A stretch of DNA of 64,000 nucleotides, from the sequence record MN850579.1, one strand, 5' to 3'. Made by a program: the position numbers and the translations under genes. How positions within the stretch are numbered: position 1 is the stretch's first letter; each line of letters begins with the position of its first letter. Below, piece by piece: positions 35,104 through 43,404 of this stretch. This stretch comes from Escherichia phage mogra. The notes under the pieces are model-generated. The model had not been told where the DNA came from and searched no databases. It saw only the letters and a list, made by a program, of their open reading frames with translations.

Positions 35104-35367
35104 ATGAAAACTTTCAACGAATTCATCTCAGAATCATCTGGTGTGAAAATTAACAAAGCGGTCAATCAGGTTATTGCTGATATTCTTAATTTGTATAACA
35201 TTGACTTAACTCCGCATATCACGCTTGGTAACAAACGAAACTTTTTCATATTTGACACATCTGAACTTGATGAAAATCGGTTCAATAACATTCAACGTTT
35301 TGCGAATGATAAAGGTCTTCGACACGAGCCTGGTGGCTATAAAAAATACGCAATATATTTGAAATAA
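35104..35367 (+). CDS. Capsid-targeted small protein (CTS-bearing), function unknown
   Basis: N-terminus MKTFNEFISES resembles CTS with I-x-E site. Confidence 0.65.
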   Translation: MKTFNEFISESSGVKINKAVNQVIADILNLYNIDLTPHITLGNKRNFFIFDTSELDENRFNNIQRFANDKGLRHEPGGYKKYAIYLK

Positions 35368-35370
35368 AGG

Positions 35371-35437
35371 TATACAAGCCTATAGGGATATGTTATAGTA
35401 GTCCTATCAAAACAAAATGAGTAAATGGAGAAATAAA
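35371..35437 (+). promoter_or_regulatory. Early promoter cassette (degenerate PeSL)
   Basis: TATACA -35-like, 17-bp spacer, TATAGT -10, conserved leader AAAATGAGTAAATGGAGAAATAAAATG. Confidence 0.5.
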
Positions 35438-35623
35438 ATGAAACGCGCTGAACTGATTCGTAATGTTGCTGTAGTAATTGCTTCAATGGCTTTTAGTTTT
35501 TCGATGTTTGTAGGATTCATTTGTGGACTACTGACAACAACAGAAAATTCTATCTCATTGGTAGTAGCATTTCTAATCGGCTTAATCGCTATCGTTATGG
35601 ATAAAATTGCAAAAGGTGAGTAA
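35438..35623 (+). CDS. Small membrane protein (two predicted TM helices)
   Basis: Second ATG chosen (GGAG SD 10 nt upstream); hydrophobic stretches. Confidence 0.6.
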   Translation: MKRAELIRNVAVVIASMAFSFSMFVGFICGLLTTTENSISLVVAFLIGLIAIVMDKIAKGE

Positions 35624-35624
35624 A

Positions 35625-35987
35625 ATGAAATATCATGTATATGCTGATTTTGAAGCAAATCCTTCTAAAGACCCTGATTGTCGTTTGATACGCAGACCAT
35701 TTGATTCAGCAGCCCAAGCATGGGCTTGGATTAAAACTTGTACTCCTTCTTACACTTTCTTTGAAGTGGTAGATGATAACGGTGTTCTGCATCCAGAACC
35801 TACAGAAACTATTAATTTCCTTCTGTTTGCTGGTTATGACTGTTATCCTCTTGGTGGTATTGACGACCTTGTTGCTATAGGAAAAACTGTTGAAGCTCTT
35901 CGCGAAATTTATAAAAACGCGGAAGAAAATTTTGACTGGTATCATATCGTTGATGCTCATACCTTTGAAATGGTGGAACATTCATGA
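35625..35987 (+). CDS. Hypothetical protein
   Basis: ATG after GGTGAG SD; 120 aa ORF. Confidence 0.6.
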   Translation: MKYHVYADFEANPSKDPDCRLIRRPFDSAAQAWAWIKTCTPSYTFFEVVDDNGVLHPEPTETINFLLFAGYDCYPLGGIDDLVAIGKTVEALREIYKNAEENFDWYHIVDAHTFEMVEHS

Positions 35988-36274
35988 TTCTTTATGCTAA
36001 AGTATCGTCCATTGAGAACGGATATGAAAGCGACCAACGAGCAGCTAAAGCGTTAGTTGATGACTATGGTATTCTGACTATCTTTGAGGTTGAAAAGGTT
36101 TATATCGACCGTTCATCTTCACAAGTTAAATTACTCTGTGAAGACGTTAAATTTAACACAGTTAACTTTGATTTCTTTATTGAAACAGAAAAAGGCCCTC
36201 TTGAATATGATATTTTCAAGAACCCTTTGAAATTACGTTGCATTGAATATAACTACATTAATATGGTACGGTAA
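35984..36274 (+). CDS. Hypothetical protein
   Basis: 96 aa ORF, ATGA overlap with upstream gene. Confidence 0.6.
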   Translation: MILYAKVSSIENGYESDQRAAKALVDDYGILTIFEVEKVYIDRSSSQVKLLCEDVKFNTVNFDFFIETEKGPLEYDIFKNPLKLRCIEYNYINMVR

Positions 36275-36370
36275 AACGTAATTTGCTTTAAGAATTATGT
36301 GTTATTATTAATCTACCCTCTATTACCAAAGGTGCTCCCTCAAGTGCCTTTCATAATAGAAAGTTATTTA

Positions 36371-36445
36371 GGCCCTGTAGCTCAATGGGAGAGCTGTCAG
36401 CTCATAACTGATAGGTAGCTGGATCGAAACCAGCCAGGGCCACCA
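36371..36445 (+). tRNA. tRNA with CAU anticodon (Ile2 with lysidine, or Met)
   Basis: Hand-folded cloverleaf: acceptor GGCCCTG/CAGGGCC, D arm GCTC-AATGGGA-GAGC, anticodon loop CTCATAA, T arm GCTGG/CCAGC, encoded CCA. Confidence 0.8.
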
Positions 36446-36545
36446 ATTCGCGGTGAGTACGCTCTTAGGTAGGTAAGTTGTTCGAATAAGGGTTAAAAGT
36501 AGAACCTACAAACGAGTAACCCTGAAACACCCAAAGCCGCATCAT

Positions 36546-36622
<77 letters not shown>

Positions 36623-36640
36623 ACTTCAAGTGAGGAAAAT

Positions 36641-36985
36641 ATGAAAGGCAATATTTATTTGGTAGTTCATGATTTAACGTTTTATTTTAACGAACAGGAT
36701 ACAGTTATTTCCGACCGGTTGATTAATTCGTTATATCAACACGCTGATTACGTTTATTTTAAAAATGAATTAGGACATTGGAAGTTTCTTAAAAACCGTT
36801 CCGGGTTAACTAGTTTTGAATACTTTGACCGTAAAGACCTTTTAAACGAAATTCCATTACAACATCGGTTCCAGAAACGCGAATCACTATACTATTGTCG
36901 CCATATACCAAATGCTGAATGTGTTTATGAAGCGATTAATCTATGGCGTCGACGTCGAGAGCAAATTGATGATATGCCAAAATAA
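36641..36985 (+). CDS. Hypothetical protein
   Basis: ATG after GAGGAAAA SD just 3' of tRNA-Arg; ORF-track start 36593 would overlap the tRNA. Confidence 0.6.
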   Translation: MKGNIYLVVHDLTFYFNEQDTVISDRLINSLYQHADYVYFKNELGHWKFLKNRSGLTSFEYFDRKDLLNEIPLQHRFQKRESLYYCRHIPNAECVYEAINLWRRRREQIDDMPK

Positions 36986-36989
36986 GAAG

Positions 36990-37260
36990 CCGGGTCGCTA
37001 CCGGCAAGTCGTCGGACTGATGTTCCCTGAGTAAGGACTGGTCTTAATAAATCTTTATGTTTTGTTAATATCCCCTTACATCACAGCAGAAACGGCGCAC
37101 CGAATTATCGATTCGAGGAAATATCTTTGCCGTAAGCCGAGTAGCGTTTTTGACGGAACGTTCGGATATGGTCGAGATATGGCCTTTTAAAAATATTGAG
37201 TAGCGTCAACTACTTAATAACCGGGTTCGAGTCCCGGCGTTTCGTACAAACACTTGCCTT
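36990..37260 (+). ncRNA. Candidate structured small stable RNA(s) downstream of the tRNAs
   Basis: About 300 nt with no ORF, several hairpins (GCCGG-TCGCTA-CCGGC; T-arm-like CCGGGTTCGAGTCCCGG), ending in a terminator; T4 has stable RNAs C/D next to its tRNAs. Confidence 0.35.
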
Positions 37261-37267
37261 AGCAGGT

Positions 37268-37297
37268 GGAACCCCGACAAGGTTGGGGCTTTTTTTG
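37268..37297 (+). terminator. Rho-independent terminator
   Basis: AACCCC...GGTTGGGGC hairpin followed by T7. Confidence 0.75.
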
Positions 37298-37340
37298 CAT
37301 AATAATAAATAGATAAGTTAATTAACTTAGGAAAAGCAAC

Positions 37341-37805
37341 ATGAAATCATACGCTGAATTTTTGACTGAACAATCTAGTTCAGATGTAAAAGCCGCTGCG
37401 ATTGCAGCAATTCAAGCAGGTAAATATTCTTACAAAGACGCCTCTGATGAAGAACGTTTCCGTTTTATTAGAGATTTTAAAGCCGAAGGTTTTACTAATG
37501 CTAATACTGTTAGCCGAGTTTTTAAAAGCCTAGCTGCATCAGGTGAATTGTTCCAGAAAGCTACAGGTAAAGCACCTGCACCAAAAGCGGACCCTAAAGC
37601 CGCTCAAGAAAAAAATATCGCCAAAGGAATTATTTCTAAGTATGAAGCAATTCTTAAAGAGCTTTTAGTAATCAAAACAGAAGGCCAGAAACTGGCACGA
37701 GCACATAGCTTCAAAGATAATCCTCACGCTCATAGCCTTGAGTATGTTGAAGATATCCAAAAACTTATTAAAGACCGTATCTGGTCTGCTAAACAAATTA
37801 AATAA
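37341..37805 (+). CDS. Capsid-targeted protein (CTS-bearing), function unknown
   Basis: 154 aa; N-terminus MKSYAEFLTEQ resembles CTS with L-x-E site. Confidence 0.65.
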   Translation: MKSYAEFLTEQSSSDVKAAAIAAIQAGKYSYKDASDEERFRFIRDFKAEGFTNANTVSRVFKSLAASGELFQKATGKAPAPKADPKAAQEKNIAKGIISKYEAILKELLVIKTEGQKLARAHSFKDNPHAHSLEYVEDIQKLIKDRIWSAKQIK

Positions 37806-37811
37806 TAGAAT

Positions 37812-37838
37812 GCCCCTTCCTTACGGTTGGGGCTTTTT
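37812..37838 (+). terminator. Rho-independent terminator
   Basis: GCCCC...GGGGC hairpin + T5. Confidence 0.7.
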
Positions 37839-37871
37839 GGTATCTAGGGCATAAAAATATTTCATAAAGAT

Positions 37872-37928
37872 GTTTACTTCTTCCCTAGATGTGTTACTAT
37901 AGACCTATCAAAACATGGGGAGAATATT
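37872..37928 (+). promoter_or_regulatory. Early promoter cassette (PeSL-like)
   Basis: GTTTAC -35, GTTACTATAG -10 region, SD GGGGAG. Confidence 0.65.
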
Positions 37929-38432
37929 ATGAGTCTTTACACTGAACTGAATAAAAAATCTGAAGAATCTGCTGAAACTATTTTTAAAAACGTGCAAAAG
38001 CGTATTTTAGAAAAGATGTATAACGCTGCAGCTAAAGGTGAAAAATCTTGCCGGTTTCCGATTAGGTGTTCTTCAGATTTATGCGCAAATACTATTGAAT
38101 GGCTGGAAAGTGAAGGTCTTACGGTAGAGAAAAACCCGGCGACTTCTATTGATAGCGAATCATATATTAGTATTTCTTGGGATAAATCAAGGGTAGAAGA
38201 GAAAGATGGTGATTGGGTTGTAGATGTTAAAACTTCTGATGGTGGACGTTCTGTTGAAGTTTCAGCTGTAGTTAAAGGTACCCACGAACAAAGGACTTGG
38301 GGTTGGGGTGGTGAAGAAAAAGAAATTGTTCTTAGTGTGATTGCCAGGTCAACTAGTAATAAAATTGCACAAAGCATCATTGACGCTGCAATTGCTGAAG
38401 CAGAAAAAATTTGCAAAATTAAAAATAAATGA
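37929..38432 (+). CDS. Hypothetical protein
   Basis: 167 aa ORF after promoter cassette. Confidence 0.65.
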   Translation: MSLYTELNKKSEESAETIFKNVQKRILEKMYNAAAKGEKSCRFPIRCSSDLCANTIEWLESEGLTVEKNPATSIDSESYISISWDKSRVEEKDGDWVVDVKTSDGGRSVEVSAVVKGTHEQRTWGWGGEEKEIVLSVIARSTSNKIAQSIIDAAIAEAEKICKIKNK

Positions 38433-38491
38433 TGTACAAGCACCAAGGATGGTGATACTATAGACTTATCAACTACAGAGGAGTAAACAAA
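38433..38491 (+). promoter_or_regulatory. Early promoter cassette; 46-nt identical to copy at 1613-1658
   Basis: TGTACA -35-like, CACCAAGGATGGTG palindrome, GATACTATAG -10, GAGGAG SD. Confidence 0.65.
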
Positions 38492-38656
38492 ATGACTACT
38501 TTAATTATTTGGTTCGATGAAAATGAAGAAACATACTGTGTGAATATTGGTGAAAGTCCAATGCCTGAATTTGAATCCTCAGATAAAAACTCTGTTGTAT
38601 CTTGGGCTGAAGGTTATAAAGCAGCTAAAGGTGACGTTGAAATAATTTACATCTAA
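38492..38656 (+). CDS. Small hypothetical protein (54 aa)
   Basis: ATG 9 nt after GAGGAG; MTTLIIWFDENEETYCVNIGESP... Confidence 0.5.
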   Translation: MTTLIIWFDENEETYCVNIGESPMPEFESSDKNSVVSWAEGYKAAKGDVEIIYI

Positions 38657-38702
38657 GTAAGTTTATGTTATAGTAGTCCTATCAAATCAAGAGGAAAACA
38701 AA
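38646..38702 (+). promoter_or_regulatory. Early promoter cassette (PeSL)
   Basis: TTTACA -35 inside end of preceding ORF, 17-bp spacer, TATAGT -10, TAGTCCTATCAAA box. Confidence 0.55.
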
Positions 38703-38930
38703 ATGGCTAAAGTTAGTATTGATGTCGTTGATTATGAATACACTGAAGAAGTTATTCGCAACCGTCACCCTGAAGTTCGTATCGATTCAGTCCAAGATTC
38801 CAAGTTCTGGACAACTGAGCTTAATCTGAGTGGTCCTTATGAAGCCGTTAAGAAGTTCATGGTTGAAGAATACTGTGAAGGCATGCACCCGGAAGACGCC
38901 AAGTTTTATGTCAATTTGATTAAAAAATAA
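38703..38930 (+). CDS. Hypothetical protein
   Basis: 75 aa ORF, SD AGAGGAAAA. Confidence 0.6.
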   Translation: MAKVSIDVVDYEYTEEVIRNRHPEVRIDSVQDSKFWTTELNLSGPYEAVKKFMVEEYCEGMHPEDAKFYVNLIKK

Positions 38931-39000
38931 TTTACAAACTCTTGAGAGCAGAGTATAATGCTCTCATTGGATAATAAACCACCAATTGAAAGGTAATAAT
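38931..39000 (+). promoter_or_regulatory. Early promoter in stem-loop
   Basis: TTTACA -35, 17-bp spacer, TATAAT -10 in loop of TGAGAGC/GCTCTCA hairpin. Confidence 0.7.
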
Positions 39001-39594
39001 ATGAACACACTGAAGAAACTTGTTGAATTCATCCGCACTAAACTGGGTACTGCTATGGCTAAAAATCTGACTGTCGAAGAACAGTATAACGCAGCTGCAG
39101 ATAAGTTGATTACCCAAATCAAAGAACTAAAAACGGCTTCTGTTAAATCTATTAATGAAGAAAAACGTATTCGCGAACTTGTTAATGAAAAGAACAAGCA
39201 AGCCGCTTCTAAGGAACTTGAAATTCGTAAGCTCCTGGCTGAAGGACAAGATGTTACTATGCATGCTAAGCTTGGTCTTCTGTATCGTCGAACTGCCGAA
39301 CAACTTAATACAAAAGCTGACGGGTATGCCGCTATGCGAATTGAAATTGCTCGTAAGGTGGTTGAACTTGACGATGCTCGTCAGAACCTGGCAATCAAAC
39401 TCGAATACATTCGTGAAACTCGAGCAGCCAATGCCCTTGGTATCTCTACGGCCGATGATGTAATTGAAATCGCTGCACTGACTAAGGTTGATATCGAAGA
39501 CACTCTGACTCGTGTTGAAACGTTCAATGGCACTCCAGCCGGCGTCGAAACCACTTCTGCTGATGTACAAGAATATATTAACTCTTTGAAATAA
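39001..39594 (+). CDS. Coiled-coil protein with PspA/IM30-like character
   Basis: 197 aa, heptad-rich; loose resemblance to PspA family by eye. Confidence 0.5.
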   Translation: MNTLKKLVEFIRTKLGTAMAKNLTVEEQYNAAADKLITQIKELKTASVKSINEEKRIRELVNEKNKQAASKELEIRKLLAEGQDVTMHAKLGLLYRRTAEQLNTKADGYAAMRIEIARKVVELDDARQNLAIKLEYIRETRAANALGISTADDVIEIAALTKVDIEDTLTRVETFNGTPAGVETTSADVQEYINSLK

Positions 39595-39602
39595 AATAAT
39601 AC

Positions 39603-39624
39603 GGAGGACTCCGGTCCTCCTTTT
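39603..39624 (+). terminator. Rho-independent terminator
   Basis: GGAGGAC-TCCG-GTCCTCC + TTTT. Confidence 0.8.
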
Positions 39625-39643
39625 GGATAATAAAGGAGTTAAC

Positions 39644-40246
39644 ATGCGAAACCAAAATAATGATATTGACTCAATGTTCGAAGAGTTCCGAGATAAGGTA
39701 AATCCACCTACGTCTTTAGTTGATTCATTACGATATGTTGCAACTGGACGTAAATGGTACTGGTCGTCTTCTTATGAGACCACCGAGAAAACGGCTAGCC
39801 ATAGCAGAAAATCTTTATTAGCCCCAGGTATTATGATTCATGATATCGGAGCTATTGCTAAACTAGTTGCAGACCATGATATTAGATTCACTGATTTCGT
39901 TGCTCCTACGTGGTCTGTTTGTTGTTTAAACACTGAATGGGAATATATCAGCGAACGCTCTGAAGATTATTATGGCTTTAGAGATAAGCTTCTGAGGTCT
40001 AATATGTTTTATATCGATACAGAAGTTCTAGTCGATAATAAAAAATATTACTTTACGTTAATCATCGATTCTGAAACTATGTATGAAGGCAAGCCTTTGC
40101 TTAAGAGAGTTGATGCTTTAAGTGCTATTGATGCGCTTTATGAAACTATGGTTGTTAGTCCTAATTTCACTAATAATTTAATCCTTGAGCAATTTATTAT
40201 GGAATGTAGAGAATATGTCAAAGCCAACCCTATACATGCCAAGTAA
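39644..40246 (+). CDS. Hypothetical protein
   Basis: ATG after AAGGAG SD; about 200 aa; C-terminal ...QFIMECREYV. Confidence 0.65.
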   Translation: MRNQNNDIDSMFEEFRDKVNPPTSLVDSLRYVATGRKWYWSSSYETTEKTASHSRKSLLAPGIMIHDIGAIAKLVADHDIRFTDFVAPTWSVCCLNTEWEYISERSEDYYGFRDKLLRSNMFYIDTEVLVDNKKYYFTLIIDSETMYEGKPLLKRVDALSAIDALYETMVVSPNFTNNLILEQFIMECREYVKANPIHAK

Positions 40247-40610
40247 GCCCTGGGCGTATGAATACAAGCGTAAATTAATCCCAAATGAAGTATTATTTGG
40301 CCCTATTTTAGCTTTAGCATTTTTAATCTTTATGATTATAGGAGCTGTTTTAGATTCTAGTGAAGTTATATCGTCTGATGCAGCATTTTCATTAATGTTC
40401 GTCGCACCACTTATTGTACCGTTTTTATTAATGCCTATTAATTGGGTAGGATATTGGCACCAAGGCCGTCATCACAGAGCCCGATTAAGAGAATGGAAAG
40501 TTCAGTGCGCAAAAGCCCAAGCTCAGTATGATGAAGCTGTTAAAAAGTATGAATATGAAGAAGCTATGGAATTCGTTAAGGAAATAAGATGCAAAAGCCT
40601 CAACTCTTAA
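40215..40610 (+). CDS. Small membrane protein
   Basis: About 131 aa; two hydrophobic helices; start overlaps upstream gene. Confidence 0.55.
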   Translation: MSKPTLYMPSKPWAYEYKRKLIPNEVLFGPILALAFLIFMIIGAVLDSSEVISSDAAFSLMFVAPLIVPFLLMPINWVGYWHQGRHHRARLREWKVQCAKAQAQYDEAVKKYEYEEAMEFVKEIRCKSLNS

Positions 40611-40948
40611 CCGTATGGCCTTCTCTTGGTGAGAACATTCTAATTTTTATTATGAGTATTGGCATGGGATTTGCCTTTGGATTAGTTGGATTTCTTATTG
40701 ACGGCGTTGTGTTAGGATTTATAGGGAACACTGGTGGATTCACAGACCAATGGCAGGACTTACGGTATACCCAAGCCTTTGCATCCATCGCATCATTTTG
40801 TACTGTAGTCTATTTTTACTACGATTTTATAAACCATAACAAGAAAAATAAAAAGATTTACGCTTCTCAAATGATTAGTTATAATGAACTTCTAGCTAAA
40901 CGTGAAAATGAAACAATCGAAAACTTTATTAAGGAATGTAGAAAATGA
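40589..40948 (+). CDS. Small membrane protein, C-terminal NFIKECRK
   Basis: 119 aa; TM helices; C-terminal FIKECR motif shared with 43098 and 44091 genes. Confidence 0.65.
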   Translation: MQKPQLLTVWPSLGENILIFIMSIGMGFAFGLVGFLIDGVVLGFIGNTGGFTDQWQDLRYTQAFASIASFCTVVYFYYDFINHNKKNKKIYASQMISYNELLAKRENETIENFIKECRK

Positions 40949-41250
40949 GTAAGATTATTGAAATTAAAGTACCAGAGTTTAATGATGCCAAATCCGCTTC
41001 AGATGCAATTTATAAACTTCTGAATCAAGCTGAACGTATCGAAGAAGAAGCAACAAAGATCGCAGACCAATATGCCGTGTCATTTTCTGTAGGTGATTAT
41101 GGTAGCGGTCGTACTTATTATCCTAAGGGTGAAATCGTATCCCAGTGGATGAAAGATGAAATTGAAAATAATGGTGGCGATGTTAAGCGTGAAGGTAATG
41201 GTTACGTTATTACTGAAGGTGCTTGGGTTTCGTCTTCTGCGTTGTGCTAA
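40945..41250 (+). CDS. Small protein, paralog family member 1 (C-terminal GAWVSSSALC)
   Basis: 101 aa; ATGA overlap with upstream gene. Confidence 0.65.
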   Translation: MSKIIEIKVPEFNDAKSASDAIYKLLNQAERIEEEATKIADQYAVSFSVGDYGSGRTYYPKGEIVSQWMKDEIENNGGDVKREGNGYVITEGAWVSSSALC

Positions 41251-41259
41251 GGAATCATT

Positions 41260-41532
41260 ATGTCTAAAGAACAAACCGAACTGGCTGAAGCTGTAGCAAA
41301 AATCTATGCAGCTATTGAGGCTGCCAAAGAAATTGCTGATAAACAAAACACAACATTCAACTTGTACCCAGCTTATGGTATGGGTGGAACCTATCATTCA
41401 CCCAGACATCTTAAAGCCGATCTTGAACGTTGTACAAAAAACGGCTATGCTGAATGGGCTGACGTTTACCAATACGACTACAACCTGAGCCTCGAAACCG
41501 GTGGTTGGGTTGCATCTTCTCACACTTGCTAA
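41260..41532 (+). CDS. Small protein, paralog family member 2 (C-terminal GGWVASSHTC)
   Basis: 90 aa; SD TAAGGAA. Confidence 0.65.
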   Translation: MSKEQTELAEAVAKIYAAIEAAKEIADKQNTTFNLYPAYGMGGTYHSPRHLKADLERCTKNGYAEWADVYQYDYNLSLETGGWVASSHTC

Positions 41533-41541
41533 GGAAACAAT

Positions 41542-41739
41542 ATGTCTCGTGAATTAGATTGTGCTGTACGTACGGCAGTAGCTGCTCTGGAAAACCTGTT
41601 CCAAATTGCAACAGAAGAACGCGAAGAAGTTACATTATGGATTGAAGATAACGCAGGTCTGAATCTCCAGGACGCGATCTCATTATCCCACAATAGTATC
41701 ACTGTTCAAGGCTGGGTATCATCTAGTTATTCTTGCTAA
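41542..41739 (+). CDS. Small protein, paralog family member 3 (C-terminal QGWVSSSYSC)
   Basis: 65 aa; SD TAAGGAAA. Confidence 0.6.
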   Translation: MSRELDCAVRTAVAALENLFQIATEEREEVTLWIEDNAGLNLQDAISLSHNSITVQGWVSSSYSC

Positions 41740-41744
41740 AACAG

Positions 41745-41802
41745 TTTACAACAAGATAGGGCTATGTTATAGTAGTCCTATCAAAAACAAATGGAGTCCA
41801 CA
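41745..41802 (+). promoter_or_regulatory. Early promoter cassette (PeSL)
   Basis: TTTACA -35, TATAGT -10 in TAGGGCTA/TAGTCCTA hairpin, leader AAATGGAG. Confidence 0.7.
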
Positions 41803-42042
41803 ATGATTTATTACGAAAGTATCGGAACCAAAGTGGTTGGTAAAACCATTACTCGTGAAAAGTTTGCAAAGATATTCGATATGCGTTATAAAAAATCTGA
41901 ACACAAAGGCATCCGATTCGAAGATGCGCACTGTACAATTTGCCCTTATAATGAAGACATAAACGGTACAATCGTTCCATTGGTAGAGGCTTCACACGAT
42001 GACCTCTGGGACGAATATAATATCGCATGTCGTGAAATTTAA
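41803..42042 (+). CDS. Hypothetical protein
   Basis: 79 aa from second ATG (GGAG SD). Confidence 0.55.
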   Translation: MIYYESIGTKVVGKTITREKFAKIFDMRYKKSEHKGIRFEDAHCTICPYNEDINGTIVPLVEASHDDLWDEYNIACREI

Positions 42043-42070
42043 GTTAATGAATTAATCCGAGGAAAATATT

Positions 42071-43027
42071 ATGATGTTAGTTATTGGTTCTCGTGCACTT
42101 CACTATCACGGTCTTATTGATTCTAGCGCTATCAAAAATAGCGATTGGGACTTTATTGCGGACCAAGGTTCTTGGAATGCATTCAAAAATCAAATGATGG
42201 GTGTATATGTTCACCAAGATAACCCTGATGTCCAAGTTTTCAAATGCTTCCATAATGGACGCGAAACTCATTTTGAAGCATATATTGTTCCGGCAATCAC
42301 TAATGTCCGTGAATTAGTCGGTGAACTCACTCCTGAAGATTTCACGTCTTCTTATGACCTTTTAAAATACGCCAAGAAAAATTTGACTAAAGACCGTTTG
42401 AACGGGTTTTACTGGGCAACTCCTGAGATATGTCTTGCAATTAAGATGTCTCATCGTTTCAAGAAAAATAATCCATTCTTTTTAAAGACTATGAACCATA
42501 TTCAGTATCTTCGTGGTAAAGGTGTTACACTGAACGATGAACTTACTGAAATTATGCTGAAACGCCAGAAAGAAACCTTGAACTATGCTCACCCGGTTCT
42601 TGACACTTCTAAAAGTGCGTTCTTTAAAGATGACATCTATACATATGACCATGATACTATTCATGAAGCCATTGCACTAACAGACCGTCCGGCTTATACA
42701 TTTTATATGAAAGACGGTTCTGAAGTCATGACCTCACGCGAGAAGTTCGAATCGTTACCAGAAATGGTCAAATTGGCCGGTGTATATGAAGAATCATGTG
42801 TACTAGCATTAGAACGTTCTCAGATTCCTAATGACTTTAAAATTAACCCTGAAGCCAGTTTCATGATGGCATTAGAAAAAGTCTGCACAAGCATCACCTC
42901 CGGTTGGTTCCGTGAATACGCCTGGGAAAACTACAGCAAAGTAGTAAGTATGTACCAAAGCTTAGGACATAACGATTACGTCAAACGTTTCAAACAAAAT
43001 TTCCATATGGTAAAACCTTTCAAATAA
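42071..43027 (+). CDS. Nucleotidyltransferase-fold protein (pol-beta superfamily, AbiEii/DUF1814-like motif)
   Basis: 318 aa; N-terminal VIGSRALHYHGL...SDWDF fits hG[GS]...[DE]h[DE] NTase motif. Confidence 0.5.
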   Translation: MMLVIGSRALHYHGLIDSSAIKNSDWDFIADQGSWNAFKNQMMGVYVHQDNPDVQVFKCFHNGRETHFEAYIVPAITNVRELVGELTPEDFTSSYDLLKYAKKNLTKDRLNGFYWATPEICLAIKMSHRFKKNNPFFLKTMNHIQYLRGKGVTLNDELTEIMLKRQKETLNYAHPVLDTSKSAFFKDDIYTYDHDTIHEAIALTDRPAYTFYMKDGSEVMTSREKFESLPEMVKLAGVYEESCVLALERSQIPNDFKINPEASFMMALEKVCTSITSGWFREYAWENYSKVVSMYQSLGHNDYVKRFKQNFHMVKPFK

Positions 43028-43040
43028 TTTCGCAAAACTG

Positions 43041-43097
43041 TTTACACAATTATAGGACTATGTTATAGTAGTCCTACCAAAACATGAGGAGAATATT
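43041..43097 (+). promoter_or_regulatory. Early promoter cassette (PeSL)
   Basis: TTTACA -35, TATAGT -10 in TAGGACTA/TAGTCCTA hairpin. Confidence 0.7.
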
Positions 43098-43403
43098 ATG
43101 AAATTAGGCGAAACCAACCGAATTGGTCTTTTAACAATATTTGCATCACTTTTTTACGCAACTCTTTCTGTTGCAGTATTACAAAAGGCTTACAGTATGG
43201 ATGGTGTGCCTGGTTGTATATTCTTATCACCGTTTTTATTATTCGTCGGAGCTTTGTTATTATATGCCACGACTAGTTTCGACCATAATGTCTGGGTCAA
43301 TTATAAACGTAAATTGACCGAAGAAGAACACGCAGAAGCTCGTAAAAAAGCTATTGAATCTACCAATCTAGAAAATTTCATTAAAGAATGTCGAGGAAAA
43401 TAA
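43098..43403 (+). CDS. Small membrane protein, C-terminal NFIKECRGK
   Basis: 101 aa; two TM helices; FIKECR C-terminal motif. Confidence 0.65.
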   Translation: MKLGETNRIGLLTIFASLFYATLSVAVLQKAYSMDGVPGCIFLSPFLLFVGALLLYATTSFDHNVWVNYKRKLTEEEHAEARKKAIESTNLENFIKECRGK

Positions 43404-43404
43404 T

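Noticed and set aside
37180-37260. A third tRNA suggested by GGTTCGAGTCC T-arm-like sequence
   Set aside because: Could not fold an acceptor stem or a 7-nt anticodon loop; kept only as candidate structured RNA
37937-38446. 169-aa minus-strand ORF
   Set aside because: Antisense to promoter-driven plus-strand gene 37929-38432; all credible genes in this region are plus strand
39127-39645. 172-aa minus-strand ORF
   Set aside because: Antisense to coiled-coil gene 39001-39594 and spans its terminator
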